A stretch of 64,000 nucleotides of DNA from an uncultured archaeon (GTDB taxonomy: Archaea > Nanobdellota > Nanobdellia > Pacearchaeales > GW2011-AR1): the NCBI GenBank assembly GCA_903831045.1, contig CAIKWG010000042.1, positions 13,239 through 77,238 of the forward strand. Direction: 5' to 3'. A program made the translations under genes and the position numbers. Positions 52,624 to 62,880 of this stretch are shown here, piece after piece. The notes below the pieces were generated by a model, which did not search any database, was not told where the DNA came from, and was given only the letters and a program-made list of their open reading frames with translations. Within the stretch, counting starts at the first letter, position 1. Each line of letters begins with the position of its first letter.

Positions 52624-53529
52624 GATTATTTTTCCTTTTTTATTTGAAAGTTCTGCAAGTTCAATTAATTTAACTATTTGAAATCCGTTTAATGCATCTG
52701 CTACAGGTTTTTCATAGCCCGCAATACTTTTTACAAAGTTTGAGCATTCTTCTTCAAGTGGATTTTTTTGAACAAATGGGATAATCTCATCTTTTTTATC
52801 AAATCTTCGCATCATGAGCTTATTTCCTGTATCATCATTAAATATTAAATTTTTATCCCCCCAGATACTTAATATTCTTTCTCTTGCTTTTCCAAAATTA
52901 TCAACTTGTATTTCTGCGTTAAATTTAGGATACTGTAGGTGTATCCTCCATAAATCTTCATTTTTACTCTTTTCATTTATTGAATAGATTTCTTCAGGCA
53001 TTTTATCTGCAAGGTAATTCATCATAGAAATATCATGGGGAGCAAGATTCCATAAGGAATTAATTGGATTGCGCGTTGCCCCAGATTTAATTCTCCTAGA
53101 AAGAACATAATTAACTTTTCCTAGCTTTTCTTTTTCTAGAATATCCCTTAATTCTATTAGCGCAGGATTATAAAGAAAAACATGTCCCACCATTAAGGTT
53201 AAATTTTTTTTATCCGCCAAGTTTAGAAGTTCCAGTGCTTCTTGTGAATTTTGAGTAAATGGCTTTTCCACCAAAACATTTTTTTTATGTTCCAATGCTT
53301 CTCTAGTTAGTTGATAATGGGTTTCAGGAGGAGTCGCGATTATTATTCCATCTATGCTGGAATCTTTTAATATCTCTTTATAATCAGGGGTGAATTTTTT
53401 ATCTTCAAGATTTATATTCGGTCTTTTCAAATCGCAAATAGTTATCAGTTTACTATCTTTAACTTTTTCAAGTGTCTGGATATATTTAGAACCCCAATAT
53501 CCGCTACCAATTAAACCGAGATTTATCAT
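52597..53529 (-). CDS. Gfo/Idh/MocA family oxidoreductase
   Basis: LGLIGSGYWGSKY N-terminal Rossmann motif; EKP motif. Confidence 0.75.
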   Translation of the reverse strand: MINLGLIGSGYWGSKYIQTLEKVKDSKLITICDLKRPNINLEDKKFTPDYKEILKDSSIDGIIIATPPETHYQLTREALEHKKNVLVEKPFTQNSQEALELLNLADKKNLTLMVGHVFLYNPALIELRDILEKEKLGKVNYVLSRRIKSGATRNPINSLWNLAPHDISMMNYLADKMPEEIYSINEKSKNEDLWRIHLQYPKFNAEIQVDNFGKARERILSIWGDKNLIFNDDTGNKLMMRRFDKKDEIIPFVQKNPLEEECSNFVKSIAGYEKPVADALNGFQIVKLIELAELSNKKGKIISLNPKDFY

Positions 53530-54617
53530 CCTAAAATTCCATCTTGTTTTAATCTTGATGTAAATTCTTCAGCGATTAATGGAGCAGAGATGAATTTACC
53601 TTCCAGAATAGAATAAACTCCAGGAAGAGAATCATGTTTTTTTATTCTAGTTGTTCTAGAATCTCCTCTAGCTTCTAGAGGAATTGGTCTTGCTCCGTAA
53701 AGGGATTTAACATACTTCAAATTATCTACAAAAGGGAAATATTTTCTACAATGATCCAATATTGCTTCTTTATTAGATTTTATTAAAGAATTCTCTAACA
53801 GATATCCTTCTTTTTGCTCTATAACCGAGTTAATAACATCATAGATAAGATATGATTCTTTTTTTTCATCCGAAGCCAAAGGCATTAGAGAAACAAATTT
53901 TCCATCCATAATTGTAAGAGGAGGCAAAGGAGTTTTACTTTTAACTACCAAAACTTCTGTTTTTTGAAGTTTGTATTTAACAAAATCATTTTCTAAACCA
54001 AGTGCTTTCATAACATTATTTGCATACGCATAAGTTGAATTTAGAATAATGTCAGTTGGTTCTTCTTTTATGACATCTAAATTTCTTATTAATAATTTAT
54101 AATCTGTTGCATTTGAATTTAATCCGACTATCTCTGAATTAGTTTGTATCTTAATTCTCATCTCTTTTGTTTCATCTTCTAATTCTTTTCTTAATATAGT
54201 TAAATTAAAAATTGGCTCTGGAACATTGAATCCATTTATTACGCTCCCTTCTCTAATGAATTCATCCGAAGGAATTTCTGTTTTATATGGAAGGTTTAAT
54301 TTATCGCAGAAATCCCTGAACTCTTCAAATGAAAGCTTTGAACTGCCTTCATCAATTAAATAATAATTGTCTTTCGGATAAAATAATACTTTTGGATATT
54401 TAGTAATAAAGAAATCCAAGCCTCTACTACACTCTAATGCAGTTTCACATGATCTTGGATAATGATAACCCATGTGGGCTCGATTGTGCGTTGATCCTGA
54501 TGTTCCGAGTAAAATTTCCTTTTCTTTCTCAAAAATTGTTACTTCTAATCCCTCTTTCGCCAATGCAATTGCAGAAGTAAGTCCATGGATTCCCCCCCCA
54601 ATAACTGCTGCTTTCAT
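53526..54617 (-). CDS. FAD-dependent oxidoreductase
   Basis: MKAAVIGGGIHGLTSAIALAKEGLEVTIFEK dinucleotide-binding motif. Confidence 0.75.
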   Translation of the reverse strand: MKAAVIGGGIHGLTSAIALAKEGLEVTIFEKEKEILLGTSGSTHNRAHMGYHYPRSCETALECSRGLDFFITKYPKVLFYPKDNYYLIDEGSSKLSFEEFRDFCDKLNLPYKTEIPSDEFIREGSVINGFNVPEPIFNLTILRKELEDETKEMRIKIQTNSEIVGLNSNATDYKLLIRNLDVIKEEPTDIILNSTYAYANNVMKALGLENDFVKYKLQKTEVLVVKSKTPLPPLTIMDGKFVSLMPLASDEKKESYLIYDVINSVIEQKEGYLLENSLIKSNKEAILDHCRKYFPFVDNLKYVKSLYGARPIPLEARGDSRTTRIKKHDSLPGVYSILEGKFISAPLIAEEFTSRLKQDGILG

Positions 54618-54619
54618 TT

Positions 54620-55996
54620 TTATTTTGTTTTGAACCCTTCTCTCTTTTGTTTATCATAAATATCCCTCCAACATCTTTGAGAAAATTTATCATAGGTGTT
54701 ATCTAGTGGAAGATTTATTAAAAAAGGTACCAATGGCCTAATGATTGGGTAGGAGATAGTAGCCATAGCTAACTTTTGCATTCTCTGCATTTTTTTCCAA
54801 TCTTTATCATAAGGGTAGTTTACTCTAAATCTACTAAAATCTTCAGAGATAATTGCCTTTTCTACTTCATCTCCGCCTTCTTGAAAGAATTTCGTTCCAG
54901 GATAAGGATGGAATATCTGAGTAAATGCTACATTCGCTTTTATCTTTAAATTTATATCAAGACTTTTCCAGGAGTCTTCTAGTGTTTCTCCGGGCAAACC
55001 AAACATAATGTATGTATTGAACGGCATGTTCTCTTTTTTTAATACTTCAACCCCCTTGAAAATTTGTTCATCACTTAATTTCTTACCCAAGACTCTATTT
55101 CTTAATGCTTCATCTCCAGATTCTATTCCTACCGCAACTCCCAAACAGCCCATTTCTTTCAATTCACTTACCATAGAAGGATTCTTGGAGATATAATCTA
55201 ATCTTAGAAGAGCATAGAAGGGTAAATTAACTTCTTTCATGTATAATTCCTTGAAACTTTTTAGCCATTTCATATTTAATCCAAAAATATCATCCTCAAA
55301 GGATATACTCTTGAAGTCTTTAAACTTTTGAGCTTCTTTTATCTCTCTAATTACTTCTTCTGGGTCTCTAACTCTAACCTTTGGTCCAGGCATCTCTTCT
55401 TCTTTATATAATTCTTTTAATCCATAATTAAAACAGAAATGGCAATCGAAGGGGCATCCTCTAGAACACATGACTAATAAATCGCTACTCTCCATTACCC
55501 CCTCAACCCCTCTGTAAATATCTCTCTTTGGTAATGGAATTTCTTCTTTGGATAACGGTTGTGCAAGATGATTTTTATGAATTTTATCTCCCTCTTTTAC
55601 CCAAAGAGAGGGAATATCATAGATTCCTTCTTTGTTCTCTAATCTGTTAAGGAGTGTTTGTACAGACTTCTCTCCTTCCCCCCTGCACAACGCGTCAAGG
55701 CTGGCCTCTTCAATTATTTTGGTGTAGAAAGTTGGATGCGGCCCTCCAGTCAAAGTTAATAAATTTGAATCAATACTTTTTATCTTGTCAAATGTTTTAA
55801 CACCCCAAAAATGATCCTTAGTCATTAATGGAACTCCCACAACCTGAGGATTAAACTCTTTTATCTTTTTTTCTAAAGAATCTCCATCCTCATAGACTAT
55901 AACTTCTGATTCATGAGTCTTAGAGATATAGGAGGCTATTGCCATCACACCGTTCAATTCTCTTCCTTCCCTTTGAACAAATAGGATTTTGGCCAT
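54620..55996 (-). CDS. B12-binding-domain radical SAM protein
   Basis: N-terminal cobalamin-binding-like domain; CSRGCPFDCHFC cluster motif. Confidence 0.8.
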   Translation of the reverse strand: MAKILFVQREGRELNGVMAIASYISKTHESEVIVYEDGDSLEKKIKEFNPQVVGVPLMTKDHFWGVKTFDKIKSIDSNLLTLTGGPHPTFYTKIIEEASLDALCRGEGEKSVQTLLNRLENKEGIYDIPSLWVKEGDKIHKNHLAQPLSKEEIPLPKRDIYRGVEGVMESSDLLVMCSRGCPFDCHFCFNYGLKELYKEEEMPGPKVRVRDPEEVIREIKEAQKFKDFKSISFEDDIFGLNMKWLKSFKELYMKEVNLPFYALLRLDYISKNPSMVSELKEMGCLGVAVGIESGDEALRNRVLGKKLSDEQIFKGVEVLKKENMPFNTYIMFGLPGETLEDSWKSLDINLKIKANVAFTQIFHPYPGTKFFQEGGDEVEKAIISEDFSRFRVNYPYDKDWKKMQRMQKLAMATISYPIIRPLVPFLINLPLDNTYDKFSQRCWRDIYDKQKREGFKTK

Positions 55997-56093
55997 TTTT
56001 TACTCAAAAAATTTATCTTTCTTAGCAAAATTTGATTTAAAAGTATTTATATTCTTTAAATGAACTATCTCTTTTGAAGAGATTTGGGTCATC

Positions 56094-56101
56094 TTTAAAA
56101 A
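56094..56101 (+). promoter_or_regulatory. archaeal TATA box, leaderless spacing
   Basis: TTTAAAAA, 21 nt before ATG 56123. Confidence 0.5.
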
Positions 56102-56122
56102 TAATCCAATTGTTAAAAATAA

Positions 56123-57625
56123 ATGACAATGCCTGCAAATAAAGTATTAATTGTTGGAGGGCCATCTACGGATGGATTTCCCTTATCTTTCTGGGAAAAG
56201 CCAATTAAATCTAATTGTAATAATTTTCTTTATTTTCCCCTAGAGAAAATAAACCTAGAAAAAGGTGGACCGAAGACCCAAAAAATATTGTTAAACTTAA
56301 TAGAAAAAGAAAAACCAGAATACATGATGATGTTTCATAATATGTTTGCAGACTTAGATCTATTAAATTTTTTAAAAGATCTTAAAAATCATTCTCCAAA
56401 AACCAAAACTATCCTTTATGCGGGAGATGATGATACGGCTTTCAATTCTTCTAGATATTTAGCCTTATTTTTTGATTATACTTTTGTATTACAAAATGAT
56501 TATCTTAAAAAATATAAACAAGATGGATTAAAGAATATTCTTTTTGTTGTACAATTAGATAATGAAAGATTAATCCCTATGCATATTGAAAAAAAATATG
56601 ATGTTTCTTTTATGGGGGCTCCAAAAGCAGACAGGAAGGAGATGATTGAATTTTTGATTAAAAATAATATTCCAATTTCTATTTTTGGATCTCCAGCCTG
56701 GAAAAAATATCCTAAATTGCGTCCTTTTTATCGTGGGCTTGTTGATGCTGCAGATTATCCAAAAGTTATCAATCAAACAAAAATAAGTTTAGTCTTGTCT
56801 AAAAATGGTGCAGGAAAATTGCATTTAAAAACAAGATTCTTTGAGAATAGTGCTTGTGGTTCTTTTTCTTTGGTGGAGTATTCCCCCCATTTAAAAGAAA
56901 TTTTTTCCGAAGGGAAGGAGATTATCTTTTTTAAGAATAAAGAAGAACTTCTAAAAAAAATAAAATATTATCTTTTAAGAGAAAAAGAACGTGAGAAAAT
57001 AGCTAGAAATGTTCATCTAAAAATTGAGAGAAATTTTAATGTTACTACGTGCATGAGTAATTTTTTTGAAAGAAATAAAAATAATTTTTTTTCTTTTGGG
57101 CTCCCAAAAATTAAATTTTCTTTAATTAATATTAATCAAGGAATAATAAAAAAATCTAAAAGCGAGATTGTTAATTTAGTAAAAAGTTATGACTTCGTAT
57201 CTTTTTCTAAGGGAAGAGTTTCATCTTCTCTGTTTAAAAATTATTTGCAAATCTATTCTCTTATAAAAAATAAATTGCAGATAAGCTGTTGTGACTATTA
57301 TCTGAACTCACCTTTTTTAGGGGATTATGGTAATTTTCGATATGACTGGGGGAACAAATTTGAATTTAGAAAGTTTAAGGATTTATTAAATATAAATCAG
57401 ATAGTGGTATCTAAAGAATTTTTCATTAAAAATTTAGATTTAATAAAAGAGAATTATCAAATAGGTACCGCAAATTTTGTTAACGAAACCAATACAGCAT
57501 TTGTATCCATCCCGCTAGTTTCAGTAAGAGAATTCAAAAAGGATTTTTTTGAGAATAAGGAACTGTTAACAGAAGACTTTTTTCTTTTCATAGAAAATTG
57601 TATTCCAAAAGAAAAAATCCAATAA
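56123..57625 (+). CDS. CgeB-like glycosyltransferase-family protein
   Basis: FMGAPKADRKEMIEFL...FENSACGSF...KIARNVHLKI resembles the DUF3880/Glyco_trans_1_2 type. Confidence 0.55.
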   Translation: MTMPANKVLIVGGPSTDGFPLSFWEKPIKSNCNNFLYFPLEKINLEKGGPKTQKILLNLIEKEKPEYMMMFHNMFADLDLLNFLKDLKNHSPKTKTILYAGDDDTAFNSSRYLALFFDYTFVLQNDYLKKYKQDGLKNILFVVQLDNERLIPMHIEKKYDVSFMGAPKADRKEMIEFLIKNNIPISIFGSPAWKKYPKLRPFYRGLVDAADYPKVINQTKISLVLSKNGAGKLHLKTRFFENSACGSFSLVEYSPHLKEIFSEGKEIIFFKNKEELLKKIKYYLLREKEREKIARNVHLKIERNFNVTTCMSNFFERNKNNFFSFGLPKIKFSLININQGIIKKSKSEIVNLVKSYDFVSFSKGRVSSSLFKNYLQIYSLIKNKLQISCCDYYLNSPFLGDYGNFRYDWGNKFEFRKFKDLLNINQIVVSKEFFIKNLDLIKENYQIGTANFVNETNTAFVSIPLVSVREFKKDFFENKELLTEDFFLFIENCIPKEKIQ

Positions 57626-57706
57626 AATTGTTTCTTTATTTCTTGGCATTAATATTAGAAATAGTTCTAGGTAAAAAGTTTATTTTAAAATTACTAAGAG
57701 ATAAGA

Positions 57707-58495
57707 TTAATTCTTCTTTAAAACATAAAAAATAGATTGTGGTCTAACTTTTTCAAAAACATTCTTTGCATGATATTTATTATTCCAGAAAAATATTTTA
57801 CTAAACAGATAATCCATCCAGATTACAATCTTTGAATTACTTATTTCTCCTTTTCCAAAGTTTAGTCTTCTTGTTGTGGGAAAAAGAACTTTTTCTTCAG
57901 AAAGTATTATTAGATTGTTTTCTTTTATTATTCTCCTAAATATCTTTAGAGGAATTCCTCTTTCTCGTTTGGTAAGCCCTTTTCTTTGGGAGCTCCAATC
58001 TCCCATAGACACGATTGGTTCTCTTAGAAGTATAATGCCGTCTTTTTTTAGAACTCTAGTTAGTTCTTGCATGACAAAGCTGACATTGGGTATATGGTGA
58101 AGTACTCCCAAACATGTGACTAAATCAAAAGAGTTTGATTTAATTTTTAATTTTCCACTAATCGAGGGAGTTAGATATTTTACTGGTTTGCCTTTAATTT
58201 CTTTAACTCTTAATTTTTTTGAAGGTTCTACAATTGTAATATTTTTAACTTTATTTAGGATAGGAATAATTTCTTCTCCAGTAGCACTGCCAAAACTAAG
58301 AACATTTTCGAAGCTTCTAATTTTTTTTATCTTATTGTATCCATAAAATTTGTTTAATTCGTGATATGCATAAGAATAATTAGAGGAATCAACTAATCCC
58401 GAATATCCCTCTTTTTCATCTTCAAACCATTTTTCTATTTCCTCTTTAGAAAAATCATCTTCCCAAAGTTTTTCACCAGAAAAATATTCTCTCAT
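57707..58495 (-). CDS. class I SAM-dependent methyltransferase
   Basis: VLSFGSATGEE; LGVLHHIPN; LKKDGIILLREP. Confidence 0.7.
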   Translation of the reverse strand: MREYFSGEKLWEDDFSKEEIEKWFEDEKEGYSGLVDSSNYSYAYHELNKFYGYNKIKKIRSFENVLSFGSATGEEIIPILNKVKNITIVEPSKKLRVKEIKGKPVKYLTPSISGKLKIKSNSFDLVTCLGVLHHIPNVSFVMQELTRVLKKDGIILLREPIVSMGDWSSQRKGLTKRERGIPLKIFRRIIKENNLIILSEEKVLFPTTRRLNFGKGEISNSKIVIWMDYLFSKIFFWNNKYHAKNVFEKVRPQSIFYVLKKN

Positions 58496-59550
58496 ATTTC
58501 CTTCTCGATAATTTTTAATAATTTTTTAGAAACGGTATTAATGTTATACTTCAAATTAAACTCTGCTTTTATCTTTTTACTCTCGCTTTTTCTTTTACTA
58601 ATTTTGATAATACTGTCTGCAAACTTTTTTATTTCTCCTTTTTTGACAACTTCTCCAAGAACTTTATTTGAAATCATTTCTTTTATGGCTCCGTTATCAT
58701 ATGCCACAACAGGAATGCCTGCTCTAAATGCTTCTAATACCACTACCGGAAAGGATTCGTTCTTATAGCTAGTGGGAAATATTAATAAATCTGAATCCTC
58801 AAAAATTTTATTTTTCTCTTCACCATAGATTGATCCAGCATATTTGCAATATTCTTCCAATTTCCTCTCTTTGAGATAATTTTCCCATTCTTCCTTAAAT
58901 TTAGTGTCTGTCCATGGTCCAGCAAAAATCATTTCAAAATTAATCTTCTTTTTCAATTCATCGGCGATTTTAAGTGCATCCAATGCACCTTTTTCTTTTA
59001 TCATATTTGAGATAAAGAGTAATTTAATCGGCTTCTTATCGCTTTTTTTGTTTTCGCCGAATTTCTTATCCTCTATCCCATTTGGAAGAACAAAAACATC
59101 CTTCTTATCAAAGAAAGATTCAACTTCCGGATAAAGCAGGTTTGAGAGGATAATTATTTTAGTATCCTTAAAAATGAATTTAGAATAAGCATTGTTAGTT
59201 AAATTTCTTGCATGTAGGTGGAAGAGAATTTTTCTTCTAAAAACCTTACTTAGAAGCACAAGTAAGCTGTCTCGATAAAAAGCAATTCCATTAGGAGCAA
59301 TTTCAAAATAAACTAATTTTGGTCTAAAAAACAAAAGATTGGAGATTGTTTTAACCGGGAGGAATAGATTCCAAAATAGTTTTCTCAGATTAAGATTACC
59401 TATTTTTTCAGTATTCTCCGGATAATTAATTTTAATTCTTTTAATATTAAAGTTTTTGTCTTCTTTTATCTTATTAAAATATATTTCATTCATTACTGCT
59501 GCGCCATGAACAGGCGGAGGAAATCTCCCAATAAAAAGAATTTTGTTCAT
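58492..59550 (-). CDS. glycosyltransferase family 4 (GT-B)
   Basis: FPTSYKNESFPVVVLEAFRAGIPVVAYDNGAIKE. Confidence 0.8.
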   Translation of the reverse strand: MNKILFIGRFPPPVHGAAVMNEIYFNKIKEDKNFNIKRIKINYPENTEKIGNLNLRKLFWNLFLPVKTISNLLFFRPKLVYFEIAPNGIAFYRDSLLVLLSKVFRRKILFHLHARNLTNNAYSKFIFKDTKIIILSNLLYPEVESFFDKKDVFVLPNGIEDKKFGENKKSDKKPIKLLFISNMIKEKGALDALKIADELKKKINFEMIFAGPWTDTKFKEEWENYLKERKLEEYCKYAGSIYGEEKNKIFEDSDLLIFPTSYKNESFPVVVLEAFRAGIPVVAYDNGAIKEMISNKVLGEVVKKGEIKKFADSIIKISKRKSESKKIKAEFNLKYNINTVSKKLLKIIEKEI

Positions 59551-60254
59551 TGTAAGTCTACTTCTTTCAAATATTTAAATGCAACAAAGCTTCTCCAAGC
59601 CTTCTTTTTTGTATGATTAAAATCGGTTATCAGTCTGTAAAGCCATTCAATTCCAAGTTTTCTAAAAAATTTAGGAGCTCTTTTTTTCTTTCCGATTATA
59701 AAATCTAGGCCCGCCCCAATATTAATATAACTCTTTGCCTTTGACTCGCTAATTAATCTTGCAGTGAGAATATTCTGTTTTGGACATCCAAGACCAATCC
59801 AAACAAAATCAATTTTTTTACTGTTGATAAGGCTGTTCATTTTTTTTATTTCTTTTTCTGGAAATTCATTCCCTTTAACGTAGGGAGGGTTATAGCTAAA
59901 CAGATCTTTTCTTCTAAGGTAGCTGAAATTTTTTAAGAGAACTTCTAAATGTTCTTCTTCGCTCCCAATGAACAGATGTTTCTTATTCTTCATTAATTTA
60001 TTCTCAAAAAACATCTTGATAAAGTCTGGACCTGAGAGTCTCTGAATTATCCTTAATTTTTTTATAGATAAAAAGAAGGTTAAAATAAAACCATCTATAA
60101 AATTAAAATTATCTTCATTGAACGTATTATTAAATTCTTGATTGTTGTGGAATTGGTAAAGGTCATGAGAGTTTAAGAAATTAATAACCCGCGGATTGCG
60201 TTTCTTAAAAACCCCTGAAATATCCTGGAATTGATTCAAAATTAACTTTTTCAT
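59547..60254 (-). CDS. WecB/TagA/CpsF family glycosyltransferase (GT26)
   Basis: VWIGLGCPKQN...RAPKFFRKLGIEWLYRL; track ORF start 60344 trimmed to Met at 60254 to remove overlap. Confidence 0.75.
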   Translation of the reverse strand: MKKLILNQFQDISGVFKKRNPRVINFLNSHDLYQFHNNQEFNNTFNEDNFNFIDGFILTFFLSIKKLRIIQRLSGPDFIKMFFENKLMKNKKHLFIGSEEEHLEVLLKNFSYLRRKDLFSYNPPYVKGNEFPEKEIKKMNSLINSKKIDFVWIGLGCPKQNILTARLISESKAKSYINIGAGLDFIIGKKKRAPKFFRKLGIEWLYRLITDFNHTKKKAWRSFVAFKYLKEVDLQ

Positions 60255-60303
60255 TAAATAGAATTGCCTAGGATTCTTTATAAAATTTGTTGAATTTCTA
60301 GAA

Positions 60304-61179
60304 TTATATTGCAATCCAATCTTTTGGAAGAACGTTATCCTCAACTTTTACATCATTAAAATGTGTAAAATTTTTTGGAGCAATAACTATCTTTTTGGGA
60401 TTATCATTAAGATAACCTGCCCACCAACTAAGAGCGCTGTTTCCTAAAATGTTGTGTTTACAGTTTTTCATAAGTTCAAGCACTTCATATCCTCCCAGAG
60501 AGCCGTCTTCTATAAACGCTAAGTTTTCTCCAAAATTGAGATTTTTTTTACACCATTCTGGATCATCAGAAAAAAGATATATTCTGGGATTTTTTACTTT
60601 TTTCATTATGATCTCTACTGCTTGTCTATAATATTCTTCTCCTAGAATATAGGCATTTTTTAATTTTAATACATCTCCTCTTCTAACTTGTATGCTAACA
60701 GAATTTTCCTTTTTTATGCTATCTAATTCTTTTCTAATTTTGACTAAATTTTCTTCCTGCAGCGTAAACTCTTTTCTTATAATTGGAATAATCTTCTCAA
60801 AAAACTTTTCTCTTCCAAGATATCCTCTTAAATAGGAATTATCCGGAAGATTAAAAAAATCTTCCAGTGAGCCATGACTTGGAAAATAAATAACATTTCT
60901 ATCAAAAAGTTTGTATTTTCTTAACATCTTATCAATAGGTCTAAATCCAGTTTTTAAAACAAATTTTCTCACTTCTTTTTTTGTTGCTTCTTTCGCAGAA
61001 ATATTAAATCTTCCTAGCTCAAATTCCCACAAGCCTCCGTATTTTTCCCATCTTGGCCATCCTCTTAGATAAGAAGTATCCAATTTTAATTCTGTTTTTT
61101 TGTGCTTTGCCAATGCAAGTGCAGCAGCATAAACATACATAGAATTTCCTAAACCTCTTCCAATCTCAGCTATTATCAT
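60304..61179 (-). CDS. alpha-1,2-fucosyltransferase (GT11)
   Basis: GRGLGNSMYVYAAALALA...; HNILGNSALSWWAGYL. Confidence 0.8.
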   Translation of the reverse strand: MIIAEIGRGLGNSMYVYAAALALAKHKKTELKLDTSYLRGWPRWEKYGGLWEFELGRFNISAKEATKKEVRKFVLKTGFRPIDKMLRKYKLFDRNVIYFPSHGSLEDFFNLPDNSYLRGYLGREKFFEKIIPIIRKEFTLQEENLVKIRKELDSIKKENSVSIQVRRGDVLKLKNAYILGEEYYRQAVEIIMKKVKNPRIYLFSDDPEWCKKNLNFGENLAFIEDGSLGGYEVLELMKNCKHNILGNSALSWWAGYLNDNPKKIVIAPKNFTHFNDVKVEDNVLPKDWIAI

Positions 61180-61766
61180 TTTATTGCTTCTACATTTAGA
61201 CTCATTAAATATCCATTTTCTTTATCAAAAGGTTTTTCTTTTGTTGGGATAAAATCTTTGTTTGGTAGATATGATTGTGAATGGTCATCTATTGAGTTGT
61301 GGGGGGAAGTAGTTTTCCAGTCATATCTTTTGATCCCGTTAAAACCTACAGATTCTAGCATACTTTTCAAATCAGAGAAGTCATAGGTTGTCTTATGATA
61401 AATAATTTTTCCAGTTTCTCCACCTTTCATTCCCATTTCCATTCTTCCATAAAGTGGTCCCAAAAAATTTGTAAGGGGAAATTTATTTTCTAAATAATTT
61501 TTTGCCATAGCTTCAAAATCTGGAACCGCCATACGTAAAATTCCTTGAGGTTTCAGAACTCTATGCCATTCTTTTAGTACATTGAACCCTTCTTCTCTAT
61601 CAAAGTATTCAAAAACATGAGAATTGTATATCAAATCTACAGAATTTTCAGGATAATCTAATTTTGTTATGTTATGACCTATAACATGAGGATAATTTCC
61701 ACCATCTATATGAACCCAATCTTCTCCAAAATTTCTCCATCCGCATCCTAAGTTGAGTTTTATCAT
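61176..61766 (-). CDS. SAM-dependent methyltransferase (type 11)
   Basis: LNLGCG...NSHVFEYF...LKPQGILRMAVPD. Confidence 0.7.
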   Translation of the reverse strand: MIKLNLGCGWRNFGEDWVHIDGGNYPHVIGHNITKLDYPENSVDLIYNSHVFEYFDREEGFNVLKEWHRVLKPQGILRMAVPDFEAMAKNYLENKFPLTNFLGPLYGRMEMGMKGGETGKIIYHKTTYDFSDLKSMLESVGFNGIKRYDWKTTSPHNSIDDHSQSYLPNKDFIPTKEKPFDKENGYLMSLNVEAIK

Positions 61767-61788
61767 TTTCTTTTATCTTTTTAGGGGT

Positions 61789-62880
61789 TTATATTTTTAT
61801 TGCCTCTTCATAAATCCTTTTTAATTCTTTATTTCTTTTCTTTATAGAAAACTTTCCATTTTTTATTTCATTTAGACAATTTTTAGACATCTTTTTTCTT
61901 AGTGTAGTATTTTTAATTAATAGCTCTGTTTTTCTCTCTATTTCATCTATGCAAGGTAATTTTAATTCTTCTAAATCTTTAGTGCTCCAGTTTATTGGTT
62001 CTTCGATTACAAATCCTGTTTTTCCTTCTGTGATGATTTCTTTTCTAGAATGCCCGCCCACAGTTACAACTGGCAGTCCAAATGAAAGTGCTTCAGTTAG
62101 CTGAAATCCAAAAGTGTCCGTATAAGAAGGATAAACAAAAATATCTGCCTGAGGATAAACTTCCTCAAATAATTCCTTTTGTGGAACTAATCCCAAAAAC
62201 TTTATTTTTTTATTATCTGAGTATTTTTCTAAAACTTCAGCAGGCACATCAGAAACAATTAGGCCTTCAACATTTTCATATTTTCTAGTTAATCTATCAA
62301 TAACTTCCAATGCATGTAATCCTCCCTTAAAATAAAATCTCCTTGCAGAGAAGAGTAATCTTATTTTCTTAGATTTAACCTTGGTAAACTTGTGTTCCGG
62401 AATTCCAGGATATAGAATAATGGTTTTGTCTTTCGCCTCAGGTAATTCTTTAATAATAGAATCGTAGGACCATTTAGTCCAAGCTAAAATTTTTTTGCAA
62501 TATTTTGAATTAATTATATTCACAACCTTCGCTTTATTTTTTACTCTTCCTGCAGCCCAAAATTGATTAACATATTCTATGTCTGTAACCCAATTTTGCT
62601 TATTTAAGCTCATACAATGTGCGCAATGAATTAAATCATATTCTTTTGCATTTTTTGTTAAATGGGCATTAGCCAATCCTGGCATTAATGCTCGGATAGT
62701 TTTTTTAATCAAACTTTTTATTTTATTATTTATTTTTAATCTGGATTTTGTTTGTATAAGCTGAAACTCCTTTGCATTTGCATATTCAACATTTGCAGGA
62801 GGATTTTGTCTAAGGTAGAGATAATATGGAGAATCCGAATATTTCCAAGGTTTTTGTAAATAAATATTTATTTTTTTCAT
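61789..62880 (-). CDS. glycosyltransferase group 1 (GT-B)
   Basis: YPSYTDTFGFQLTEALSFGLPVVTVGG. Confidence 0.75.
   Translation of the reverse strand: MKKINIYLQKPWKYSDSPYYLYLRQNPPANVEYANAKEFQLIQTKSRLKINNKIKSLIKKTIRALMPGLANAHLTKNAKEYDLIHCAHCMSLNKQNWVTDIEYVNQFWAAGRVKNKAKVVNIINSKYCKKILAWTKWSYDSIIKELPEAKDKTIILYPGIPEHKFTKVKSKKIRLLFSARRFYFKGGLHALEVIDRLTRKYENVEGLIVSDVPAEVLEKYSDNKKIKFLGLVPQKELFEEVYPQADIFVYPSYTDTFGFQLTEALSFGLPVVTVGGHSRKEIITEGKTGFVIEEPINWSTKDLEELKLPCIDEIERKTELLIKNTTLRKKMSKNCLNEIKNGKFSIKKRNKELKRIYEEAIKI

Noticed and set aside
60255-60344. First 30 codons of track ORF 59547-60344
   Set aside because: This segment overlaps the 3' end of the GT11 gene by 41 nt. The GT26 homology starts after the Met at 60254.
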